Of a stretch of DNA of 48,508 bases, positions 37,407 to 44,385 are shown piece after piece. The translations under genes and the position numbers were made by a program. Positions within the stretch are counted from its first letter, which is position 1. Each line of letters begins with the position of its first letter. The DNA is from Candidatus Moraniibacteriota bacterium. Its GTDB lineage: Bacteria > Patescibacteriota > Minisyncoccia > Moranbacterales > UBA2206. The notes beneath the pieces are model-generated. The model was not told where the DNA came from. It saw only the letters and a program-made list of their open reading frames with translations, and did no database searches. Location of the stretch: NCBI GenBank assembly GCA_037132035.1, contig JBAXPY010000001.1, positions 1 to 48,508 of the forward strand. Direction: 5' to 3'.

Positions 37407-37478
37407 AGCGGGATGGAGCAATGGCAGCTCGTCTGGCTCATAACCAGAAGGTTCCAGGTTCGAATCCTGGTCCCGCAA
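37407..37478 (+). tRNA. Initiator tRNA-fMet (CAT)
   Basis: Manual cloverleaf: AGCGGGA TG GAGC AATGGCA GCTC G TCTGG CTCATAA CCAGA AGGTT CCAGG TTCGAAT CCTGG TCCCGCA A. It aligns closely with E. coli tRNA-fMet. It has a 1:72 mismatch (A.A) and A11:U24. No CCA is encoded. Confidence 0.85.
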
Positions 37479-37558
37479 CAAATAGTATTTAGTATCCAGT
37501 ATGATGTTCTGGTATTATTTTTTTCCGATACTAAATACAAAATACCAGATACTGATTC

Positions 37559-37632
<74 letters not shown>

Positions 37633-37650
37633 CAAAGGAAAATTTAAATT

Positions 37651-37724
37651 GGGGGCGTAGCTCAGTTGGTTAGAGCGACTGCCTGTCACGCAGTAGGTCA
37701 CCGGTTCGAGTCCGGCCGTCCCCG
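37651..37724 (+). tRNA. tRNA-Asp (GTC)
   Basis: GGGGGCG TA GCTC AGTTGGTTA GAGC G ACTGC CTGTCAC GCAGT AGGTC ACCGG TTCGAGT CCGGC CGTCCCC G. Discriminator G as expected for Asp. Confidence 0.88.
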
Positions 37725-37837
37725 CATCTTAAGTCATCCCGCCAAGGCGGGACCGTCCCCGCATCTTAAGTCATCCCGCCAAGGCGGGACCGTCCCCGCA
37801 TCATAAGTCATCCCGCCGCGGCGGGACCGTCCCCGCA
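37717..37837 (+). repeat. 37-nt tandem repeat x3.3 that starts inside tRNA-Asp and reiterates its 3' acceptor strand
   Basis: Units at 37717-37753, 37754-37790 and 37791-37827, plus a partial unit at 37828-37837. Each unit is CGTCCCCGCA + TCTTAAGTCA + hairpin TCCCGC-CAAG-GCGGGA + C. The third unit has 3 substitutions. Confidence 0.9.
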
Positions 37838-37844
37838 GAAAAAA

Positions 37845-37867
37845 ACGAAGCATTTCGCTTCGTTTTT
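37845..37867 (+). terminator. Rho-independent (bidirectional-looking) terminator closing the tRNA cluster
   Basis: ACGAAGC / GCTTCGT stem with a 5-nt loop, an A-run before and a T-run after. Confidence 0.6.
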
Positions 37868-37890
37868 ATGTTGTTAAAAATTTCAAAAAA

Positions 37891-37919
37891 TTGACAAAAA
37901 ACATCTAAAATGATACAAT
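37891..37919 (+). promoter_or_regulatory. Promoter TTGACA-17-TACAAT (with TG extension) upstream of the RhuM-like gene
   Basis: -35 at 37891-37896 and -10 at 37914-37919. Confidence 0.55.
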
Positions 37920-37947
37920 ATCACCATGATGAGCTGTAATAAAAAAT

Positions 37948-39009
37948 ATGAAAAAAAGAAAGCAAAAAATTGTTCCAAATAATAGTTTCACGGAGTTTTT
38001 GTTTTACACCACTCCGAATGGAAAGGTGAAGGTCGAAATTTTTTTGCGTGATGAAACTGTGTGGCTGACTCAAGAGAAAATTGCTTTTTTATTCGGTGTT
38101 CAGAGGCCAGCCATCACTAAACACCTTAAAAATATCTTCGAAAGTGGAGAATTAGATGAAAAAGTGGTTAGTTCCATTTTGGAACATACCACGGAGCATG
38201 GAGCTCTGGAGGGGAAAACACAAACTCAGCTGGTAAAATTTTATAACCTCGATGCGATCCTCTCAATTGGTTACAGGGTAAATAGCTCACAGGCTACACA
38301 ATTCCGAATTTGGGCAACAGAGCGACTAAAAGAATATATCATCAAGGGATTTACGATGGATGATGAAAGACTAAAAACCCCCAACTACACCTTTGGTCAA
38401 GATTATTTTGAAGAGCAGTTGGCGCGTATAGCGGACATTCGCAGTAGCGAACGTAGATTTTACCAAAAAATCACCGATATTTATGCCCAGTGCAGTGCGG
38501 ATTATGACAAGAGTAGTGTTGAAGCTCAGCATTTTTTTGCTACCGTGCAAAATAAATTACACTTCGCAATTTCAGGCTACACGGCTGCGGAAATTATTAG
38601 CAGTCGTGTGAGTAGTGCTAAGCCAAGTGTTGGTCTCACTAACTGGAAAAACAGCCCACAAGGTGCTATACGAAAATCAGATGTAGTAGTGGCTAAAAAT
38701 TATCTAAATAAAGAAGAGCTCGCAGGTCTCAATAATATTGTGGAACAATATTTAATCTTTGCTGAGTCACAAGCGAACCGTAAGCAGGCCATGTTTATGC
38801 TGGATTGGAAAAAAAAGTTAAGTGAATTTTTAAAACTTAATGATCGTGACATCTTGGGAGATTTGGGCAAAGTCAGCCATGTTGTGGCTGAAGCTCTGGC
38901 GCTGGAAGAATACAAGAAATACCGAATAGATCAAGACAAAAATTACATTTCTGATTTTGATCGAGAGGTGAAGAGGATGCTGGAGAGTAGGAAGAAAATT
39001 AAGAAATAA
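37948..39009 (+). CDS. RhuM-family (virulence protein RhuM-like) protein
   Basis: TTPNGKVKVEIFLRDETVWLTQEKIAFLFGVQRPAITKHLKNIF...YNLDAILSIGYRVNSSQATQFRIWAT is the characteristic RhuM N-terminal region as I recall it. Confidence 0.75.
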   Translation: MKKRKQKIVPNNSFTEFLFYTTPNGKVKVEIFLRDETVWLTQEKIAFLFGVQRPAITKHLKNIFESGELDEKVVSSILEHTTEHGALEGKTQTQLVKFYNLDAILSIGYRVNSSQATQFRIWATERLKEYIIKGFTMDDERLKTPNYTFGQDYFEEQLARIADIRSSERRFYQKITDIYAQCSADYDKSSVEAQHFFATVQNKLHFAISGYTAAEIISSRVSSAKPSVGLTNWKNSPQGAIRKSDVVVAKNYLNKEELAGLNNIVEQYLIFAESQANRKQAMFMLDWKKKLSEFLKLNDRDILGDLGKVSHVVAEALALEEYKKYRIDQDKNYISDFDREVKRMLESRKKIKK

Positions 39010-39111
39010 ATGATTCAAGCTAATGACTCGAAAATTGATTTTCTGTATATATGCTATTAGTATATAGGTAGAACAATTCGCACAAAAGAATATGCCATTT
39101 TTATCGAAAGG

Positions 39112-39285
39112 ATGAAAAAGGCTAGGCTGGAATCAGGGCTTAGGCAGATTGACGTCGCAAAGAAGATGAAACGACCGCAGTCTTATGTTTCCCGTGTTGA
39201 ATCGGGGGAATATAGGCTCGATATTTTGGAAGTGAAAAAGTTTACAGGGCTTTATAAAAAGAGTATTGATTATTTTTTGAAATAA
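39112..39285 (+). CDS. Small XRE-family HTH protein (57 aa, below the ORF-track cutoff)
   Basis: MKKARLESGLRQIDVAKKMKRPQSYVSRVESGEYRLDILEVKKF matches the HTH_3 pattern (..Q.ela..l...qs.vs..E.G.r..d). The frame is open upstream to 39061 without a start codon. Confidence 0.55.
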   Translation: MKKARLESGLRQIDVAKKMKRPQSYVSRVESGEYRLDILEVKKFTGLYKKSIDYFLK

Positions 39286-39578
39286 TCAAACAAAAAATAA
39301 ATTAAAGGGTAATTAAGGAAAAGATTGAAAAAATTAAAAGAAAAAGGCATAAAAATAAAATAATAATAAGTGCTAGCAGCTAAGATATCAGGAAGAATTG
39401 GTGGTAGTATTAGTTCTAACTTCATCCCAAACTCTCCGCCAATAAGGATAAGTTGCTTTTCAACCACCCCATCAAAGGGTGGTTTTAGCTTATAGCTAGC
39501 CACTATTTTATCCTTTATAGATTCTTTATTATGTCGTTATCAGCTTCATTCTTTAGAAGGCGAGTGCTATTATAATAA

Positions 39579-39606
39579 AGAAAAGGGAACCGAAGTTCCC
39601 TTTTTT
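39579..39606. terminator. Bidirectional terminator hairpin downstream of the minus-strand rSAM gene
   Basis: AAGGGAAC CGAA GTTCCCTT flanked by an A-run and a T-run. Confidence 0.6.
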
Positions 39607-39623
39607 GTTAGCGAGTTTATGCC

Positions 39624-40949
39624 CTATGTCATATAGGGTCTTGCAAATCGTTCTTCGTGATAAAGACGTTTCACGAAAATTCGATAGCAGAGATTGCCGA
39701 AAAAATTGATGAGCGAAGGGGTCTCCGATTGAAGAATTGTTCGTTTAGCAATATGAGTGAGTTGAAAAGTTTTTTCATATGCCCACTTGAAGCCTCTGTA
39801 TAATTCTTCAGGTGACATCTTGGCCGGTTGGAACACCACATGCATAGTGTCGTAGTTTTCCCAATTGAGAGTAAGAATACGATTTTCTTCTGACAATCGT
39901 TTGAACAAACGCGTGCCTGGATAGGGGGTATAAATCGAATAACGAGGAATGTCAATCTTTAAATCGAGTACGCGCTGAACTGTAGTTTCGAAAATGGATG
40001 AATCATCTTCGTCAAACCCAAAGACGAAACAGCCTTGGAGGGAAATGCCATATTCATGTAGAGTTTTGACAACTTCTCTGTACTCATTTTCCTTGTTAAA
40101 GCCCTTGGAAATGCTACAAAGAGTTTTTTGATTGGCCGATTCCATTCCTAAAAGCAAATAGATGCAGCCGCTTTTTTTCATCAGCTCAAGCAGCTCTAGG
40201 TCACGGGAAACCATTGTAGTGGCTAGTCCACCCCAACGTTTTTTAAGCGGAATCATCGCGGTAAATAGTTCTTTGGCGTATTCCCTGTCATCTACAAGAC
40301 TTACATCATTAAAAGCAATATATTTTCCAGGAAGACTTTGAATGTGGCTAATAACATCGGACACGGGGCGTTTGTAGAATCCTGGCCAGACTGATGGCAC
40401 GGTGCAAAAATCACATTGATGTTTGCAGCCCCGCGTAGCCTGAACTGTGTCGGGTATCATATAGCCCGATCTTCTTTGGAGATCAATTCTTGGTGACGGA
40501 ACTCCTTTTAATGTGAAATCATCCGGCAAGCGATCATCGCGGTAGACCTTTTTCATTTTATTTAGAGAAAAGTCTTTTAAGAGTTGAGGCCAGGTTTTCT
40601 CAGCCATGCCAATCACAATCGTATCAGCATATTGAGCAGCTTCGCCTGGAAGAATAGTGACATGCACTCCACCTAAAACGACAGGAATACTACGTCTTCG
40701 AAAATACTTTGCATACTCGTAGGCCCTACAAGCAGTTCCTGTTATGACGCTAATTGCGACAAGATCTGCTGGGTAGTCAAGCGGAACCTTGTCTATGCTT
40801 TCGTCGATCAATTTGAAATGGAATTGGTCGGAAGGAGCAAGCGCTGCCAATGTTGTTAGTGTTAAAGGAGCTTCACGAAATGAACGTGTAAAAGAACCAA
40901 TTCTTAGTTTGTGCATATGCGCATCCGGCATTATCATCAATATTTTCAT
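39624..40949 (-). CDS. Cobalamin-binding (class B) radical SAM enzyme with DUF4070-like C-terminus, paralog 1
   Basis: N-terminal Rossmann-like B12-binding region (DLVAISVITGTACRAYEYAKYFRRRSIPVVLGGVH), CxxxCxxC (RGCKHQCDFC), GMES, and a C-terminal extension. SD AAGGGAG. Confidence 0.8.
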   Translation of the reverse strand: MKILMIMPDAHMHKLRIGSFTRSFREAPLTLTTLAALAPSDQFHFKLIDESIDKVPLDYPADLVAISVITGTACRAYEYAKYFRRRSIPVVLGGVHVTILPGEAAQYADTIVIGMAEKTWPQLLKDFSLNKMKKVYRDDRLPDDFTLKGVPSPRIDLQRRSGYMIPDTVQATRGCKHQCDFCTVPSVWPGFYKRPVSDVISHIQSLPGKYIAFNDVSLVDDREYAKELFTAMIPLKKRWGGLATTMVSRDLELLELMKKSGCIYLLLGMESANQKTLCSISKGFNKENEYREVVKTLHEYGISLQGCFVFGFDEDDSSIFETTVQRVLDLKIDIPRYSIYTPYPGTRLFKRLSEENRILTLNWENYDTMHVVFQPAKMSPEELYRGFKWAYEKTFQLTHIAKRTILQSETPSLINFFGNLCYRIFVKRLYHEERFARPYMT

Positions 40950-41171
40950 CCGATTCTCCCTTGTTTATGGTGAAAAATTGTTTAAATTTATACTATCAAG
41001 CTAAGTAGGATCATTCTATCAATAATAATCGCCAGACGTCAAGGAAAAGGCTGTAATTGACAGCAGAAGGCGGGCATAGTAAGTTTATTATTACAGTACT
41101 TTGACAATTTTCGCAGGTAAATGGTAATTACAGAAATTCAGATAATCATATTAAAGAAAGGAATTGAAGCG

Positions 41172-42494
41172 ATGGATATCACTCTTATATTTCCTGCTGT
41201 TGGACGCAAAAAGGGATCTTCGTACATTAAATCATGGCAAATGGAACCACTATCAATTGCGATATTGGCTGGACTGACACCAAAACATATCAATCTTCAT
41301 TTTTTTGATGATCGCATCGAGTCGATACCTTATGATCGTCCGACAGATGCCGTAGCGCTTAGTGTTGAAACATATTCTGCTAAGCGTGCTTATGAGATTG
41401 CCAAAGAATATCGCCAAAGGGGCGTCTTGGTCATCATGGGTGGTTATCACCCAACATTGGTTCCTGGAGAAGTTTCGCAGTATGCAGACGCAGTTGTTAT
41501 TGGCGAGGCGGAGGATTGTTGGCTGAAGGTACTTGATGATTTGCAAAAGAAAAAGTTGCAGAAAGAATACCGGAGCAGTGGCAATTTTTCATTGGATAAA
41601 GCTACTCCTGATAGGAGTATTTTTAAGGGAAAACATTACTTCGACCTTACGTTAGTTGAGACTGGGCGCGGTTGTCACTTTCAGTGCAACTTTTGTTCTG
41701 TCACCGCGTTTCATCGGGCAACATATCGGAGAAGACCAGTCGGTGAAATTGTTTCTGAAATCAAGCAGACAGGCAAAAAGCGCATCTTTTTTGTGGATGA
41801 TAATATTATATCCGATTTTGATTCGGCTCAAGAATTATTTGAGGCTCTGATCCCTCTTGAGATAAGTTGGATCAGTCAATGTAGTATAGATGTGACCAAA
41901 AATGAGCAACTGTTGTCCTTGATGAAACAGAGTGGTTGCAGCGGTCTATTGGTCGGATTTGAATCGATCCATAAGGAAAACTTGACGCAAATGGGTAAAT
42001 TCCATAACGCGCAGAACATCGACTATGCTCGGGTTATTAGTAAATTTCGAGAAAAGGGCATCGTCATTTATGGAACATTTGTTTTCGGCTACGATCATGA
42101 TAATGAGGAAACTTTTCGGAAAAGTGTTCTTTTGGCAAAAAAAAGCAAGCTTTTCATTGTTGCTTTTAATCATTTGGTGCCTTTCCCGGGAACTCCGCTT
42201 TATAAAAGACTTGAAGCTGAAGGTAATCTGTTATACCAGAAGTGGTGGCTTAGTCCGGAATATTTCTTTGGCGATGTCGCTTTTAAGCCAGCACAACTTT
42301 CCGCGGTTCAATTGAGTGATTTGTGTATTTCCAGTCGGCGTGATTTCTATGGCATGTTGTCTATCTTGAGTCGAGGTTTTGATTTTAAAGCTAATTGCTT
42401 GAATTTATCAAGAGCAATTGCTTTTCTTTTGACAAACCTGATGCTTCGCAAAGAAATTGATCAAAGAAAAGGCTTGCCGCTCGGTAACGGATAA
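41172..42494 (+). CDS. Cobalamin-binding (class B) radical SAM enzyme, paralog 2
   Basis: DAVALSVETYSAKRAYEIAKEYRQRGVLVIMGGYH and GRGCHFQCNFC. Start taken at ATG 41172 (MDITLIFP, aligns with the paralog 1 N-terminus); the ORF track lists 41121. Confidence 0.8.
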   Translation: MDITLIFPAVGRKKGSSYIKSWQMEPLSIAILAGLTPKHINLHFFDDRIESIPYDRPTDAVALSVETYSAKRAYEIAKEYRQRGVLVIMGGYHPTLVPGEVSQYADAVVIGEAEDCWLKVLDDLQKKKLQKEYRSSGNFSLDKATPDRSIFKGKHYFDLTLVETGRGCHFQCNFCSVTAFHRATYRRRPVGEIVSEIKQTGKKRIFFVDDNIISDFDSAQELFEALIPLEISWISQCSIDVTKNEQLLSLMKQSGCSGLLVGFESIHKENLTQMGKFHNAQNIDYARVISKFREKGIVIYGTFVFGYDHDNEETFRKSVLLAKKSKLFIVAFNHLVPFPGTPLYKRLEAEGNLLYQKWWLSPEYFFGDVAFKPAQLSAVQLSDLCISSRRDFYGMLSILSRGFDFKANCLNLSRAIAFLLTNLMLRKEIDQRKGLPLGNG

Positions 42495-42504
42495 GGAGAG
42501 ATAT

Positions 42505-43617
42505 ATGGATAAATTTATACTCGGATTAGCAGATCAATCAGATGACGAGATGCTTCAAGAGGTAATTCGCAGTAATTCTATGGAGGGAAAAATTCAGTTA
42601 TCGTTTGGTCGCAGTCCCAGTTTTTTCCAAAGCGTGGGTCTTCTGGGGGATGAAAGTCAAATTATTGTAGCCAGAAATGCAGAAAACAAAGCTATTGTCG
42701 GATTTGGCATACGTTCGATCCGGCGAGTATTTTTAAATGGTCATGAGGAAACAATTGGTTATCTCAGTGGTCTAAGGGTAGCACAAGAATATCGGAATCG
42801 CACCCTTTTGGCACGAGGCTATAAATTTTTGAAGCAGCTTCATGAGGATGGAAGAGCCTCGGTATATCTGGCTAGTATCATGGAGGACAATAGTACGGCT
42901 ATCGATTTGCTTACCAGTAGAAAAGCGTGTATTCCAATTAGCCAAGATTTGGGGAGATATTGTACTTTTGTCTATCGAGCAAATAAAAAACCAATCAGCT
43001 TGACCAATGCAGGATTAGAAGTTAGGCGAGGAAAAGCGGATTATATCGGTGATATGTTGAAATTTTTAAACAAACATAATTCAAAGAGACAGTTTGCTCC
43101 TTGCTACAAAGAACAAGATTTTTTCGACCAGAAGCTTTTTCTTGGACTAGCGCTGGAAGATATTTATCTTGCGTTTCGAGGTAAAAGAATAGTGGGGATG
43201 CTTGCCAAATGGGATCAACATGCTTTCAAGCAGATAAAAATTGATGGCTATGATATTAAATTGAAATATCTTAGACCGTTAGTAAATCTGGTTGCTAAAG
43301 CAAAGGGACTGCCGTATCTTCCGATAGCAGGAAATGAGCTTGATTTTTTTTATGTTAGCCTAATTTGTATTTCTTCAGATGAACTGGGGGCTTTTTCCGT
43401 AATTCTCAATAAACTCCAGCAGGATAATATGGATAGAGATTATTCGCTATTCATGTTGGGAATGCACAGCGGGGATTCGCTTATTGATGAGGCAAAAAAA
43501 TTCCCTCATCTACAATATAATAGTCGTGTGCATATGATGTACTGGGAAGATCAGCGAGCGAAAGCAGAAAAAATAGATCGAGACATGGTTCCTTATCTTG
43601 AATTAGCAACTTTATGA
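42505..43617 (+). CDS. Two-lobed GNAT/FemAB-like acyltransferase-fold protein (tentative)
   Basis: SD AAGGAG before ATG 42505; the ORF track start 42457 is a non-ATG extension. IVGFGIRS...GYLSGLRVAQEYRNRTLLARGY resembles a GNAT beta4-alpha3 CoA-binding region. The second half has a similar pattern. Confidence 0.35.
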   Translation: MDKFILGLADQSDDEMLQEVIRSNSMEGKIQLSFGRSPSFFQSVGLLGDESQIIVARNAENKAIVGFGIRSIRRVFLNGHEETIGYLSGLRVAQEYRNRTLLARGYKFLKQLHEDGRASVYLASIMEDNSTAIDLLTSRKACIPISQDLGRYCTFVYRANKKPISLTNAGLEVRRGKADYIGDMLKFLNKHNSKRQFAPCYKEQDFFDQKLFLGLALEDIYLAFRGKRIVGMLAKWDQHAFKQIKIDGYDIKLKYLRPLVNLVAKAKGLPYLPIAGNELDFFYVSLICISSDELGAFSVILNKLQQDNMDRDYSLFMLGMHSGDSLIDEAKKFPHLQYNSRVHMMYWEDQRAKAEKIDRDMVPYLELATL

Positions 43618-43635
43618 AATAGGGGAGGATTCAGT

Positions 43636-44385
43636 ATGGGAAAATTGTTTGGTCGTACAATTAGTCAAAAAACACTTTCAAGAGTCGAAGTATCCGCAAT
43701 GCATAGTCTCATGACGCGTTACTATGATAACGTTGATGAGGCTATATTCCAGAAAGACTTGATGGAAAAAGATCAAGTGATTTTACTGGAGGATAATCAG
43801 ACCGGTCAGCTAAAGGGATTTTCTACTTTCATGTCTTTTGATGTGTCAGTGGATTGCCAATCAGTCAGGGCTATATTTTCTGGCGATACAATTGTTGAAC
43901 GGGAATATTGGGGGGACTTTGGATTATTGCGAAGTTTCTGTCGGTATTTAAATCATGTGGCCAATACGTCAAATATACCGGCCTACTGGTTTTTGATTTG
44001 CAAAGGGTACAAGACCTATCGGTATCTGCCACTCAATTTCAATCAGTTTTATCCCCGATATGACATGGCTACCCCACAGTATGAACAGTCAATTCTAGAT
44101 GCTCTTGCCTTTCATAAATATCCTTCCGAGTATGATGCTCAGAAGGGTATAATAGGCTTTTCCTCTCCGTCAGAATGTTTGAAGGAAGGAGTAGCAGAAA
44201 TTACGGACGCAAGATTATCAAATCCGCATGTCAAGTTTTTCTTAGAACGGAACCCTAACCATCAATCAGGTGATGAACTGGTTTGTGTGGCCAGGTTGAG
44301 TCATGGAAATTTCACCAAAGCTTTTTATCGTTCTGCTCTGCATAAGGAGGATCGGCATGAAAAGAATTGTCCTGATACTGGCTAA
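43636..44385 (+). CDS. GNAT-like acyltransferase-fold protein (tentative)
   Basis: SD GGGGAGGA. ...LKGFSTFMSF...AIFSGDTIVEREYWGDFGLLRSF is GNAT-like. No confident family call. Confidence 0.3.
   Translation: MGKLFGRTISQKTLSRVEVSAMHSLMTRYYDNVDEAIFQKDLMEKDQVILLEDNQTGQLKGFSTFMSFDVSVDCQSVRAIFSGDTIVEREYWGDFGLLRSFCRYLNHVANTSNIPAYWFLICKGYKTYRYLPLNFNQFYPRYDMATPQYEQSILDALAFHKYPSEYDAQKGIIGFSSPSECLKEGVAEITDARLSNPHVKFFLERNPNHQSGDELVCVARLSHGNFTKAFYRSALHKEDRHEKNCPDTG

Noticed and set aside
37717-37837. The 37-nt tandem repeat with an internal palindrome looked superficially like a CRISPR array.
   Set aside because: The units are directly contiguous with no unique spacers. There are only 3.3 copies, the array starts inside a tRNA, and there are no cas genes in the window.
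39270-39503. 77-aa minus-strand ORF (GTG start) between the XRE gene and the rSAM gene.
   Set aside because: It has very AT-rich, low-complexity Phe/Tyr/Leu content and no SD. The region is better explained as a spacer containing a hairpin (AACCACCC...GGGTGGTT, 39462-39484).
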